Origin: an uncultured Verrucomicrobiae bacterium
GTDB taxonomy: Bacteria; Verrucomicrobiota; Verrucomicrobiia; Chthoniobacterales; JAFAMB01
NCBI GenBank assembly: GCA_963837955.1
Contig: CAWIPH010000002.1
Location: 3,136,001 to 3,200,000, forward strand
Reading direction: 5' to 3'
Length of the DNA: 64,000 nt
In this document: positions 48,585 through 59,533 of the stretch, piece after piece
How positions within the stretch are numbered: position 1 is the first letter of the stretch
How the letters are laid out: every line of letters starts with the position of its first letter
The notes under the pieces: generated by a model
Databases searched by the model: none
The model's input: the letters and a program-made list of their open reading frames with translations, nothing else
What the model was told of the DNA's origin: nothing
Made by a program: the position numbers and the translations under genes

Positions 48585-50024
48585 TTAGCGTGAAATATTC
48601 CGACGCAAATCTCTTAAAGCGGCGTTAGCAGCGTGAAACCCACACATTCCATGGACGCCTCCTCCTGGCGGAGTTGACGAGGAGCAAAGGTAAACACCTT
48701 TGAGCGCAGTACGATAAGGTACTGAACTGAGGATTGGTCGAGCAATCAATTGCCCCAGATTATTGGCGCCTCCGGTGATACTTCCGCCGATCAAGTTCGG
48801 ATTAATTTTTTCAAGCTCGGCAGCCGGAGTGACATGGCTGGCCAGAACGCGGTCTTTGAACCCGGGAGCAAATCGAGCTATTTGCTTTTCAAAAAGTTTC
48901 GTCATATCCCACGACGAGCCATTGGGTACGTGACCGTACACCCAGGCGATATGCTGGTTTGAGGGAGCCCGCGTGGAATCGACCACCGTCGGTTGGCTCA
49001 GGAGAAGAAATGGATGCTCGGCGTGCCTGCCTCGAGAAACCTGGTACTCGGCCTGTGCTATCTCCTGAAAAGTTCCTCCAAGATGAACCGTGCCGGCTCT
49101 TTCGCAATCCGGATGGATCCACGGAATGGGACCATCGAGCGCGTAGTCGATCTTAAAGATGCCGGGGCCATATTTGAATCGCTCGAGCTTTCGCCGGTAA
49201 CTCGACGGAAGGAGATCGCCTAAAATTTGAACCAGCTGTCGTGGCGTTACATCAAATAGAACAACCCGTGATTCTGGCAATTGCCGCAACCTGGCAACAG
49301 AGAGGTCAGTTTGAATTTTCCCGCCAAGCGCCTGAAAATGTTGAGCCAAAGCGCGAGCAATTGCTTGCGCTCCACCGGTTGGAATCGGCCAGCCAACTGC
49401 ATGACCTAGCATCCCGAGAATAAGAGCAAACGCTCCAGAACCGGATTCGGTCAGAGGTAAGAAAGAATGAGCAGCTAAGCCCGCCAGAAGTGCTTTGCCG
49501 GGCTCCCGCGAAAAACGGCTTCGGACCAGGTGATCAACGGAAGTCAGTGCCAGACTTCCGAACCTCGCCATCTGGAAAGGACGCCGGGGAAAGTGAATGA
49601 TCGGCTGGAGAAACTCCTCCAGTAAACTCTGCCAGCGCGAAACCATCGGTTCAAACAGGTTCCGGTACGCTTTCGCATCTCGTCCAAGAACGTCGCCAGT
49701 TTCACTGACCGATCGCCGAAGAGTTGCGATCTCTGTTTGATTGATTGGGTGGGCTAAAGGGATCTCCGGCTGGCACCAGCTGAGACCATATTTTTCGAGG
49801 GGCAGAGAAGAGAAAAAAGGTGACCCCAGAGCCAATGGATGAACCGCCGAACCGATATCGTGTTGAAAGCCTGGCAGAGTCAGCTCTTCGGTCCGGCAAG
49901 CGCCCCCAACCTCTTTATTACGTTCCAATACGAGGGTGGAGAAACCATCCTGCGCGATTCGAATGGCAGCAGCCAAGCCGTTTGGTCCTGCACCAACCAC
50001 TACTGCATCATATTCGTAGACCAC
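48585..50024 (-). CDS. Phytoene dehydrogenase-like NAD(P)/FAD-dependent oxidoreductase
   Basis: GAGPNGL, GGACRT, HDIGSAVHP and STPPGGGVHGMCG motifs. Confidence 0.9.
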   Translation of the reverse strand: MVYEYDAVVVGAGPNGLAAAIRIAQDGFSTLVLERNKEVGGACRTEELTLPGFQHDIGSAVHPLALGSPFFSSLPLEKYGLSWCQPEIPLAHPINQTEIATLRRSVSETGDVLGRDAKAYRNLFEPMVSRWQSLLEEFLQPIIHFPRRPFQMARFGSLALTSVDHLVRSRFSREPGKALLAGLAAHSFLPLTESGSGAFALILGMLGHAVGWPIPTGGAQAIARALAQHFQALGGKIQTDLSVARLRQLPESRVVLFDVTPRQLVQILGDLLPSSYRRKLERFKYGPGIFKIDYALDGPIPWIHPDCERAGTVHLGGTFQEIAQAEYQVSRGRHAEHPFLLLSQPTVVDSTRAPSNQHIAWVYGHVPNGSSWDMTKLFEKQIARFAPGFKDRVLASHVTPAAELEKINPNLIGGSITGGANNLGQLIARPILSSVPYRTALKGVYLCSSSTPPGGGVHGMCGFHAANAALRDLRRNISR

Positions 50025-50075
50025 GTTTTTGCCGTTTTTGTCGCCATTTAGCCGGCTTTTTTCACCGATGCTCCC

Positions 50076-51098
50076 CTATTCAAGGCGATCAAATCCCTTG
50101 AGCCGATAGAGAAGTACCGAACCGCCCCAACTCAGGATGAAAAAGGCGATAATGAAAAATCCGAGCGCGCCAAATCCGCTATTCAGATTTTCGATCAGGT
50201 CCCAGATGCCGCCGCGAAATTCGAGCTTATCCCTCAGCAAACGGAGCACTTCGATACCACCGATTACAAGAGCTACTACGACGGAGACGAAAGTGATCGT
50301 CATGTTGTAGTAGAGCTTCCGGATCGGTTTAGCAAACGCCCATCCGTATGCGCCAACCATTAGGATACCGTCTGTCGTATCAACGAATGTCATGCCGGCA
50401 GTGAACAGGACCGGGAACACCATCATTGAACTTACCGAAAGGCCTTTTGTGGCCGCAGCAGCGGACACCCCAAGAACCGCTATTTCGGTTGCCGTATCAA
50501 AGCCGAGCCCGAACAGAAATCCGATTGGATACATCTGCCAACTCGACGAAAGCGACCGAAACAAAGGGTGAAAGATTCGCGCCATCACCCCACCGGGCAT
50601 GAGAAGTCCATCTAATTCCCGGTTGTCGTAACGCACCCCGTTTTTGACCCTTCGGAAGGTTCGATACACGTTTCCCAGGATCCAAATATTCATTAGCGCG
50701 ATGCCGATCAGGAAAATTGCCGAAATCGAGGTGCCGACCAAGTTCCCGATCTCTTTCAAAGCGACAAATTGATTCTGCAGGCTTGAGGCCGCGAGATAGA
50801 CTCCCAGCGATGCGATGAGGACAACCGTCGAATGTCCAAGGGAGAAAAAGAATCCCACGGCAGCCGGCCTCTTACCGTCCTGCATGAGCTTCCGGGTCAC
50901 ATTGTCAATTGCGGCAATGTGATCTGCGTCGACCGCGTGTCGCAATCCGAACGTGTAAGAAATTAACGCCGTCCCCAGCAGAAGAGTGTTATCTCGGAAT
51001 GCAATTAACGCCCAAACCCAGCCGGAAAGATTGACCGCGGCCAAAAAGCCGTAGAACCCGAAGACCTTCTTCCTAAACATTTCGCCCGCGGTATTCAT
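50076..51098 (-). CDS. High-affinity Ni/Co transporter (HoxN/HupN/NixA, NiCoT)
   Basis: RHAVDADHIAAID, FSLGHS and GLGFDTATE signatures. Confidence 0.95.
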   Translation of the reverse strand: MNTAGEMFRKKVFGFYGFLAAVNLSGWVWALIAFRDNTLLLGTALISYTFGLRHAVDADHIAAIDNVTRKLMQDGKRPAAVGFFFSLGHSTVVLIASLGVYLAASSLQNQFVALKEIGNLVGTSISAIFLIGIALMNIWILGNVYRTFRRVKNGVRYDNRELDGLLMPGGVMARIFHPLFRSLSSSWQMYPIGFLFGLGFDTATEIAVLGVSAAAATKGLSVSSMMVFPVLFTAGMTFVDTTDGILMVGAYGWAFAKPIRKLYYNMTITFVSVVVALVIGGIEVLRLLRDKLEFRGGIWDLIENLNSGFGALGFFIIAFFILSWGGSVLLYRLKGFDRLE

Positions 51099-51418
51099 GA
51101 TCCACTCAGTGCCGAAGGAAGAATGGTCTTGGAATGATTCAAGGACAACTTCGATTGCGTGCCGTTCCGTCGTATTCTCGCGATCGAGTGCTCCGGTTCC
51201 TGATTTTCCGTGTTTTCTTAATCAGCAAGTTCTCCGCCACCCCCATTTCTGGCCGCTCCGGTTGCTGGCGCGCTGTGTTACGCCTCGCGAGTAATTCAGC
51301 GAATAATCACTATTCGCCAGGCTCCGGTCAAAGACGCTTCAATTGAATTTATAGAGTAGACAGACGCCGAATTTTGCTCGTTTTCCGGGTCGCCAGCTGA
51401 GACCATGGCGTCTCCTCT

Positions 51419-54400
51419 ATGTTTCAAAATGCTCGAGCGTTCCTCGGAACGCTAATCGCATGCGCCCTGGCTCCGGCAGCTCTTGCTGCGGATAAAGATG
51501 TTGAGCTGTTAGCTGACGCAGAGTTTCTACAACCCACTAGTACTCTCGAATTTCGGTTCGCTACCGCGGTAGCGACTAAGGATGACGTTGGCGCGGTTCC
51601 GGCCATTGCGCCTATCGAAATCAGACCTGCTTTGGCCGGTGCTTTCACTTGGTTAAGCCAGCGGAGCGGTGTCTTTGTGCCGAGCCGGCCGCCACCGCTG
51701 GGAACAGAATTCGTTGTCAGCATTCGGCCCGACTTTCAGGATCTGAGTGGACGCCGAATCGGGAAAGATTTTAGCGCTGTAGTCAAAACGCCGGCCTACG
51801 CTATTACCCGTGCCGTTGTTTCGGAAGATGAAGCTGGTTCGCCCAAACCAGCGGTTCGCATCGCCTTGAACCTCGATACGCAGCTGAGCCCTGAGTTGTT
51901 TCGGTTCGTAAATCAAGCCGGCGACTCTGTACCCGGGGAAGTTCGTTACGCGAAAACCATCGATTATTTTCAGCTCGCCCCTGAATTGTTGGACTGGAAT
52001 CGGCGATGGGAAAATCGCGACCGAGCCAGCGCCAGCACTCAAGAATACGGCGAAGAGGATCAGGAAAAGACGCAGCCCGATCGTCTCATCGTCACACCGA
52101 AGGAACCGCTTGATCCGGGAAAACAGTGGCAGCTGGAGATTGCGCCTGGTTTGAAGCCAATCTCTGGAAACGAAGTAATCACCACAGCGAAAATTGTTCC
52201 GATCGGAGTGGTAAAACCGTTCACGGTTAAAAATCTTCTTCCAACTAACTACATCCATTCCGGTAAAACGCTGACGGTAGAGTTCTCGCGCGAGCTAGCG
52301 CCAGACATCACCGCAGAATCGGCGGCTCGCTTCATCCGAATCGAACCGGCGGTAGATCATCTGCGATACGAAAGTGACTTCGACCAGGTTAAAGTTTTCG
52401 GAGCATTCACACTAGGCCAGACCTATCAGATCACATTCAGTCCGGAGATAGTCGACAAGTTTGGCATGCCGATGGAAGGCGAACATTCGCGATCCTTCCA
52501 ATTCGCACCGGTGAAGCCACGGGTCTACCTCCCGGTGATTTCCGGCGATCAGTATCGAAATGGCCATCGGCAATTTGAAGTGCTTTCGGTCAACGTCCGG
52601 CGGCTGCAAGTCCGCGCTGTTTTAGTCGACCCGGCAAATGGACCGGCGGCGAAGAAAGCATTCGCAACTTACGATCATGACGAAGAAAGATCGGCACCGG
52701 AGGATGAACCGAATCAGCGAATCTCAGAGGATAAGATCCGCGGAAAAGTGATTTACGATCATTCGTTCGAAGTCGCAGGAGCGGAAGTAGACGCCCGACT
52801 GAAGACGCAGCTTGATTGGAGTGAAATTGCAGGGGCCAGTCGGGGCGGAATGATTCTTCTCACGGTGGAAGGCGACCCGATCTCGGGAACCGGGAATCAA
52901 AGAATTGGTGCGCAGGCGCTCATTCAATTGACCGATATCGGCGTATTTTGGACACGTGAATCGGATAAATTGCGTTTCTCATTATTTTCTCTGAGTTCGG
53001 GCGCCCCGTTGGCGCCAGCCGAAATTCTCTTCTTGAATGAGAACCGCGTTCAGCTCAATCGCGTTACTAGCGACGGGACCGGCTCCGCCAGCGTTCCCTT
53101 TTCGCCAGAAATCGAATGGGTAGTAGTTAAGCAACGCGATGACTCCTACACTCTCAACCTAGGCAAAGAAGCCAGCGTGCTTCCGGCTGCGGGATTCAAT
53201 CTGCAGATTTACTACCCGCAATGGGAGGCGGAGCAAGTTGCCGAAGGCGTCCGTTCCTTTCTGTTCACCGACCGGCCCCTCTACCGGCCGGGAGAAACCG
53301 TTCATGTGCGAGGATTTGTCCGGACGCTCAAACGTTCCGGACTCGAATCGCCCAAGGCCTGGAAAGGTCAGGCCAACGTAATCGATGCTCATGGAGACAC
53401 AGTATTCTCGGGCGAAGTTCTCACGGATGCTCAAGGAGCTTTCCAGACCGATATCCCTTTGAAGGCAACAACGCTCGGCCGCCAATCGCTGCGCATCAGA
53501 TTCGGAGCCGAAACCGAAGACTCAGATGAAAGCTACGGATCGGCAGAAGCCAGCTTTGAAGTTGCCGATTACGAGCCAAATGCTTTCCAGCTCGATCTCA
53601 ACATGCCAGAGCAGTTTACGCCAAGCGCACTGGCCCGCGCCGAAGTATCCGGGAAATATTTGTTTGGCGCTCCACTCACGCGCGCACAAGTCCGCTGGAC
53701 ACTCCAAACAACATCAGCTGTTTTCGCTCCAACCGGATTTGAAAATTTCCAATTCGCTACCGAAGACCCGCAACCAAAGACGACGACCGTCACCGGCTCT
53801 GGCAGCTATGATGGCGTCCATCCTTTGGTGATCAATCCGGAACTGCCAAAAACCAACGGACGACTCCTGCAGGGGGTCTTGACCGTCGACATGACCGATC
53901 TGAATCAGCAAACCGTCACTGAATCTCGGCTTTTCCACAAAGACCCGGCCGCCTTCTATCTCGGCGTCGCTCGCGCGGAAAACTCCGTAATCAAGGCTGG
54001 AGAACGCGTGCCGATTCAGTGCATCGCAGTAACTCCTGAAGGCAAGCCGCTGGAGCAGGCGGTGGATGTACAGGTTGAGGTTATTCAAAAGCGTAACGAG
54101 ACGGTGCGAGTTAAGGGTGCAGGCAAGAGCGTTTCGTTTCGAACGAATCAAGTCGAAGAGTCGATCGCCCAAACCCGTGGCCAAACCCTGCAGCCTGTCC
54201 TGACTTCTTCTCAATGGCTGATCACAGAGGGAAAAACTGCCGAGATTACGCTGCCTGCAGCCGGCGAATACCTGGTACGCGCAAATGCCCGGGATCCAGA
54301 TGGACAGCAGGTTACAACGGAGTTCAGTCTTTATGTTTCTGGTGAGAACGAGGTCGCTTGGGACTTTCGCAACGCCGCACAGATCGACCTTGTTCCGGAC

Positions 54401-57055
54401 AAGCCAGAGTATCATCCGGGGGAAACCGCCCGGATATTAGTGAAAAGTCCATATTCGGGCGAAGCCATTGTGAACATCGCGCGTGGACCTGAGATCCTTC
54501 GTTCGGAACGAGCCACTCTCAATGGTAACTCTCCGACCATCGAAATCCCCATTGTGGCAAGCGACGCTCCCAATGTTTACGTCTCGCTTGTTCTCATTCG
54601 TGGCTCGGCTGCCAGCACTCGAAAAGTTAAGGTTCCGGAGTTTCGGTACGGAATCGCGAATCTCTCAGTGGTTGACCCGGCCACAAAACTCCGCATTGCG
54701 ATCACTCCTTCGAAGCCGGCGTTCGAACCAGGTGAACCAGTGGATGTTGAGGTCGATGTCAAAGATGGTTCTGACCATCCTGTTTCAAACGGTGAAGTTA
54801 CATTTTTTGCGGTCGATGACGGTGTGCTCGCACTGACCGGGTATCAAAGACCCGCTCCCCACGCTACTTTTTTCAAAACATTTCCGCTCAACGTGCAAAT
54901 GGGCCTCACATTGGACTCTTTGTTGGCGGAAGATCCGCAGGACCTACAGTTCACAAATAAGGGCTACCTGATTGGCGGTGGAGGTCTGGATATCCCGGGA
55001 GCTAAACTTCGCACCGATTTTCCAGGAACCGCTTGTTGGGTTCCGTCGGTTCGCACCGATTCGCTCGGACATGCAAAGGTTCATTTCGTTTCACCCGATG
55101 CGATCACGCGCTATCGGTTAGTAGCTGTTGCCTTTGCTGGAAACAGTCAATTTGGATCCGCCGAATCATCGGTAACTATTCGAAAACCGTTGTTGATCTT
55201 ACCGACGATGCCCAGGTTTACTCGCGCCGGCGACCGGCTCGTGGCACGTGCGGTCATCCGGAACGACACCGGTCAGGAAGAGAATGTCCAGGTAAAGCTG
55301 CTCTTGGATGAACGGTTTTCCGCTGCTCAACCAACGACGACCGCTTTTTCTTTGCCCACCGGAAGCGCGCGCACAATCGACTTCCCCATCCAAGCCGGCA
55401 ACCCCGGCACAAGCCATTGGGAATGGTCGGTCCAATCGGATCATCATGAGGACCGTGTTGCCGCCACGACCGAGATCAAGCCGGCCGGACCAACTCTGCG
55501 AGAGGTTTACTTGAGCGATCTCACCGATAGGCAAATGGATCTGCTTACCGGAATCAATCCACAGCTCCTCGAAGGGCAGGGCACGCTTAACCTCACGCTT
55601 TCGAACACGCGTTTGACTTCCTTGCGAGAAGCGATCCAATCGCTGCGGAGCTACCCGTATCAGTGCACAGAACAACTGACGTCAGGCCTGGTTCCGGTGT
55701 TAGTCCGCGATCAACTAAAATCTGCTTTGCCCAGTCAAATTGCCGATAGAGGCACTCAGCCAGCGGATGTGGCGGGAACATTGAGCTTACTCTTTGATCG
55801 ACAGACCGGATCTGGTGGTCTGTCGCTCTGGCCGAAGGGCAGCCAACCAGCGCTTTTTGCCAGCGCTTACGCCGTCTGGGTTACAGCCGGCCTACAGCAA
55901 GAAGGTGCGGAGGTCCCATCGGAAAAGTGGAAACACCTTCTCGATTATCTCAGTGAAAGCCTTCGCGGCCTACCAAAAATCCATGATGAGCTCCGCCTGA
56001 ACGAGGAAGCGTTCGTCTTGCTTGCGCTCGCGGCAGCCGGTCGTGCTGAACCGAGTTACTACGAAGAATTTATCAGTCGAAAAGCAGAGCTATCACGCGA
56101 AACGCGCGCGATCGTGGCTATGGCGATGCTGACCGGTGGCGGGACTGGTAAGGGCGCCATGGACGCTCTGCTGGACGTGAAAGCGGCAGCACCGGAAACC
56201 GAGTCTTTGTATAGCGGGACTGCCCGGGAGAACGCACTTCTCCTGTTTGCCTGGACCCGCTATAAACCGCGTGCGCCCGAAATAGCTCCATTGGTGAAAG
56301 AATTGCTGGGAACACGTCATTTCGGGCGCTGGGATACGACCCAGGAGAACGCTTGGGCCCTCCTGGCGCTGGCAAATTATTATCGAACATCAGAGTCCGG
56401 CGGTAAGTCTGTGAGCGGGACTGTTCTATCGGCAGGACAACCCCTCGCTTTTGAAGTGACCCGCCAAAAGCCGTCCTGGACCACCTCAATGGTGTTGGAT
56501 CCGGCCAAACCTGTGCACGCGCTTACCGTCCGCCGCGAAGGGACAGGAGCCCTCTTCGGCGAAGCTCAATTCGAGGTTTATCCCGCTCTCCTCGAACAAC
56601 CACGTCAAGATCGAGGTTATGCCGTCTCGCGATCTTATCAGAAAATTGGCGACGACGGTAAGTTGCAACCCGCTACCGAGTTCAGGGTCGGCGATCGCAT
56701 CCTCGTCACTCTAAACGTGAAATCGAACCGACCTGGAAGATTGGTGGCGATTGATGATCCGGTTCCGTCGGTCTTTGAAGCTATTAATCCAAATTTTCGA
56801 CCAGATAACGCCGGCACGAACACGCCGGCAGAAGACGAGGATTATGCCGACTACCGCGAGATTCACGGAGATCGGGTCCAGTTCTTTTGCGACCAGCTGG
56901 CAGCTGGTGACTACACATTTCGCTATTTGAGTCGGGTTCGCTTTGTTGGAGAAGCAGCCGTTCCACCCACGAAAGTCGTCGAGATGTATCGACCGGCCAG
57001 ATTTGGGCTTGGCCCAACCGATCGAGTGAGAAGCACGGCGGCGGAGGGCGAATAG
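51419..57055 (+). CDS. Bacterial alpha-2-macroglobulin
   Basis: FTDRPLYRPGE, AVDDGVL, RTDFPGTA, thioester motif YPYQCTEQ, TTQENA; followed by pbpC. Confidence 0.93.
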   Translation: MFQNARAFLGTLIACALAPAALAADKDVELLADAEFLQPTSTLEFRFATAVATKDDVGAVPAIAPIEIRPALAGAFTWLSQRSGVFVPSRPPPLGTEFVVSIRPDFQDLSGRRIGKDFSAVVKTPAYAITRAVVSEDEAGSPKPAVRIALNLDTQLSPELFRFVNQAGDSVPGEVRYAKTIDYFQLAPELLDWNRRWENRDRASASTQEYGEEDQEKTQPDRLIVTPKEPLDPGKQWQLEIAPGLKPISGNEVITTAKIVPIGVVKPFTVKNLLPTNYIHSGKTLTVEFSRELAPDITAESAARFIRIEPAVDHLRYESDFDQVKVFGAFTLGQTYQITFSPEIVDKFGMPMEGEHSRSFQFAPVKPRVYLPVISGDQYRNGHRQFEVLSVNVRRLQVRAVLVDPANGPAAKKAFATYDHDEERSAPEDEPNQRISEDKIRGKVIYDHSFEVAGAEVDARLKTQLDWSEIAGASRGGMILLTVEGDPISGTGNQRIGAQALIQLTDIGVFWTRESDKLRFSLFSLSSGAPLAPAEILFLNENRVQLNRVTSDGTGSASVPFSPEIEWVVVKQRDDSYTLNLGKEASVLPAAGFNLQIYYPQWEAEQVAEGVRSFLFTDRPLYRPGETVHVRGFVRTLKRSGLESPKAWKGQANVIDAHGDTVFSGEVLTDAQGAFQTDIPLKATTLGRQSLRIRFGAETEDSDESYGSAEASFEVADYEPNAFQLDLNMPEQFTPSALARAEVSGKYLFGAPLTRAQVRWTLQTTSAVFAPTGFENFQFATEDPQPKTTTVTGSGSYDGVHPLVINPELPKTNGRLLQGVLTVDMTDLNQQTVTESRLFHKDPAAFYLGVARAENSVIKAGERVPIQCIAVTPEGKPLEQAVDVQVEVIQKRNETVRVKGAGKSVSFRTNQVEESIAQTRGQTLQPVLTSSQWLITEGKTAEITLPAAGEYLVRANARDPDGQQVTTEFSLYVSGENEVAWDFRNAAQIDLVPDKPEYHPGETARILVKSPYSGEAIVNIARGPEILRSERATLNGNSPTIEIPIVASDAPNVYVSLVLIRGSAASTRKVKVPEFRYGIANLSVVDPATKLRIAITPSKPAFEPGEPVDVEVDVKDGSDHPVSNGEVTFFAVDDGVLALTGYQRPAPHATFFKTFPLNVQMGLTLDSLLAEDPQDLQFTNKGYLIGGGGLDIPGAKLRTDFPGTACWVPSVRTDSLGHAKVHFVSPDAITRYRLVAVAFAGNSQFGSAESSVTIRKPLLILPTMPRFTRAGDRLVARAVIRNDTGQEENVQVKLLLDERFSAAQPTTTAFSLPTGSARTIDFPIQAGNPGTSHWEWSVQSDHHEDRVAATTEIKPAGPTLREVYLSDLTDRQMDLLTGINPQLLEGQGTLNLTLSNTRLTSLREAIQSLRSYPYQCTEQLTSGLVPVLVRDQLKSALPSQIADRGTQPADVAGTLSLLFDRQTGSGGLSLWPKGSQPALFASAYAVWVTAGLQQEGAEVPSEKWKHLLDYLSESLRGLPKIHDELRLNEEAFVLLALAAAGRAEPSYYEEFISRKAELSRETRAIVAMAMLTGGGTGKGAMDALLDVKAAAPETESLYSGTARENALLLFAWTRYKPRAPEIAPLVKELLGTRHFGRWDTTQENAWALLALANYYRTSESGGKSVSGTVLSAGQPLAFEVTRQKPSWTTSMVLDPAKPVHALTVRREGTGALFGEAQFEVYPALLEQPRQDRGYAVSRSYQKIGDDGKLQPATEFRVGDRILVTLNVKSNRPGRLVAIDDPVPSVFEAINPNFRPDNAGTNTPAEDEDYADYREIHGDRVQFFCDQLAAGDYTFRYLSRVRFVGEAAVPPTKVVEMYRPARFGLGPTDRVRSTAAEGE

Positions 57056-57273
57056 AAATGTGTGCTTGAGAGCGCAATCGTCCTCGTGGTCACGCTCGAA
57101 GAAAGGGCCACCAAATCGATGACCTGGAGAGAGGATGTGATTGTCACCGAAGGACTGCATTGGTGCAAAAACGAACATCAGTTGAGTTCGTAGTCACGGG
57201 GCACAACGGCTCTCGAGGACGACGACGAGCACGAGGACGAAGGCTTTCGCGAGAAAGCCTAGGCCGATGACCA

Positions 57274-59520
57274 ATGGCGCTAAATAGATATCTACTTATC
57301 GGAACGGCCACTATCCTCCTCGGTTGGCTCGGAGGGGAGATCGCGTTGCGTTCCACTCCGGTTCCTCGGGCACTAAATACGTCGCTCCCGCAGAGCGTTA
57401 AGTTTGTCGATCGCAGAGGACGACCGTTGCGCCGCGTCCTGCAAGACCAGCGTATTTACCGTTCGCGGTGTTCGTTGAGCGACATCTCACCGAACGCCAT
57501 CGCAGCAACTCTCAGCGCGGAAGACAAACGATTCCGCGTCCATTCCGGGATCGACTTCTTCGCGGCAGGCCGGGCATTGCTGCAATTCGTGAACAGCGGT
57601 ACCACCCACTCAGGAGCATCGACCATCACCGAACAGCTCGTGAAACTAGGCGAGAGTAGAGAACCCCGGACAATTCCCACGAAATTAAGGGAAATCTGGG
57701 GCGCTCTATGTATCGAGCGGCATTGGAGCAAAGAGCGCATTCTGGAAGAGTACCTAAACCGGCTGGATTACGGAGACCTGCAAGTTGGATTGGCATCTGC
57801 CAGCTGGGACTACTTTGAAAAGCCTCCAAGTGATCTGAGCGTGGCGGAAGCTGCGTTCTTGGCCGCGATTCCGCAGGCGCCTTCACGGCTCGACCCATTC
57901 AAACATTTCATCGCGACGCAGACCCGCCAGCGCTGGGTACTCAGCCGGATGCGGGCGAATGGCTATCTGGATGACGCAACTTATGCCAGGGCCCTTGCTG
58001 AACCTCTCCGATTACATCAGCGGAGCCGGGATTTCGAAGCACCTCTTCTTGTCGATCTGCTGCTGGAGCGGCGCGGCACATTGCCTCCGGAAGGCGGCAC
58101 TGTGCACACCACCGTTGATCTGTCGTTAAACCAATGGATCGACCAGGTGATTGGTCGTCAACTCAACGCATTGTCGGAAAAGAACGTCTCTGCCGCAGCA
58201 GTGGTCGTCATTGACAATCAGTCGGGCGACGTACTGGCTCTTTGCGGATCGGGCGACTATTTCGAACCTGGGACTGGCCAAATCAATGGAGCATGGAGTG
58301 CTCGGTCCGCGGGATCCGCATTGAAACCGTTTACTTACCTGCGCTCGCTCGAGAAAGGCGCCTTTCCGGGGACGGTAGTTGCTGACGTCCCGACGGATTT
58401 TGCTACGGAGACCGGCCTTTATCATCCGAACAATTACAACCATCGTTTCTACGGACCAGTCACCATGCGCTTTGCTCTGGCCAATTCTCTTAACGTGGCC
58501 GCAATTAAAGTACTTGAGCAGACCGGCGGTCCGGAAGTTCTCTACGAAGCCTTACAAAAAGCCGGGATCACGACTCTCGGACATCCGGCAGCCTATTACG
58601 GACTGGGATTGACGATTGGCAATGGCGAAGTGCGACTGCTCGAGCTAACTAATGCATTCGCATCATTAGCGCGCCTGGGAATTTATCGTCCGTTCCGCCT
58701 TCTTTCACGGCAAGGCGAGTTAGGCGCTCCGGGTCACCGGATCTTTGATGAGCGGGCGGCCTATCTTTTGGCGGATATGCTCAGCGACAATCACGCGCGA
58801 GCCGCGACATTTGGACTGAATTCGTATTTGAGCTTTGATTTTCCGGTCGCGTGTAAGACCGGGACAAGTTCGAACTATCGGGATAATTGGACACTCGGTT
58901 TCACCCCGGAGTGGACGATCGGCGTCTGGGTCGGCAATCCAGATAACGCGCCGATGAGAGGCATCACTGGAGTAACCGGGGCAGCGCCGATATTTCGGGA
59001 GGTCATGCTGCACCTTCGCGAACAACGCGGAACTAGCTGGTATCACAGTCCGCCTGGGATCGACCATTGCTGGATTGATCCCCTCACCGGCCGAGAGGTT
59101 ATGAAGGGTCAATCCCGTGCAGTCGAAGAAATCTTCGCGTTCCGACCTGAATCAGCCCGGCCCGAAGACTATGACTCGGCAAACCACGTACGACTGCCAG
59201 CTGAATACTCCGCCTGGCTGGAGAGCAGCCAAAATACCTCTATACCGCTCCTTCGGTCGCCCGCTCAGCGTTTGCAGATCCTCCAGCCTGCGCCGGGCAG
59301 TTCTTATTTTCTGGACCCAGACCTGCCGGCCAACGATCAGAGACTTGTGTTGAGTGCCGAATCAAGTGGATCGCTGGAATGGAAATCCGCCTCGCTTGAT
59401 TGTCGCGCCGATGGCGATCATGTGACAGTCTTGCTTCGGGAGGGCCGTCACGAGATCGTCGCGCACGATAGAACGACGGGCGAAACGGCCTCAACTTGGA
59501 TCAACGTGCGACCATGGTAG
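57274..59520 (+). CDS. pbpC: Penicillin-binding protein 1C
   Basis: Transglycosylase EDKRF..H.GID and GASTITEQL; transpeptidase SALK, SLN, KTGT; adjacent to alpha-2-macroglobulin. Confidence 0.93.
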   Translation: MALNRYLLIGTATILLGWLGGEIALRSTPVPRALNTSLPQSVKFVDRRGRPLRRVLQDQRIYRSRCSLSDISPNAIAATLSAEDKRFRVHSGIDFFAAGRALLQFVNSGTTHSGASTITEQLVKLGESREPRTIPTKLREIWGALCIERHWSKERILEEYLNRLDYGDLQVGLASASWDYFEKPPSDLSVAEAAFLAAIPQAPSRLDPFKHFIATQTRQRWVLSRMRANGYLDDATYARALAEPLRLHQRSRDFEAPLLVDLLLERRGTLPPEGGTVHTTVDLSLNQWIDQVIGRQLNALSEKNVSAAAVVVIDNQSGDVLALCGSGDYFEPGTGQINGAWSARSAGSALKPFTYLRSLEKGAFPGTVVADVPTDFATETGLYHPNNYNHRFYGPVTMRFALANSLNVAAIKVLEQTGGPEVLYEALQKAGITTLGHPAAYYGLGLTIGNGEVRLLELTNAFASLARLGIYRPFRLLSRQGELGAPGHRIFDERAAYLLADMLSDNHARAATFGLNSYLSFDFPVACKTGTSSNYRDNWTLGFTPEWTIGVWVGNPDNAPMRGITGVTGAAPIFREVMLHLREQRGTSWYHSPPGIDHCWIDPLTGREVMKGQSRAVEEIFAFRPESARPEDYDSANHVRLPAEYSAWLESSQNTSIPLLRSPAQRLQILQPAPGSSYFLDPDLPANDQRLVLSAESSGSLEWKSASLDCRADGDHVTVLLREGRHEIVAHDRTTGETASTWINVRPW

Positions 59521-59533
59521 TGACCGCAAATCT

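Noticed and set aside
51099..51400. Cobalamin or NiCo riboswitch upstream of the NiCoT gene
   Set aside because: No recognisable B12-box or NiCo consensus by eye; an Infernal/Rfam scan is needed to exclude it fully.
51419..59520. Alpha-2-macroglobulin with pbpC as a novel system
   Set aside because: A well-known conserved pair (yfhM-pbpC type) with an intact CxEQ thioester motif.
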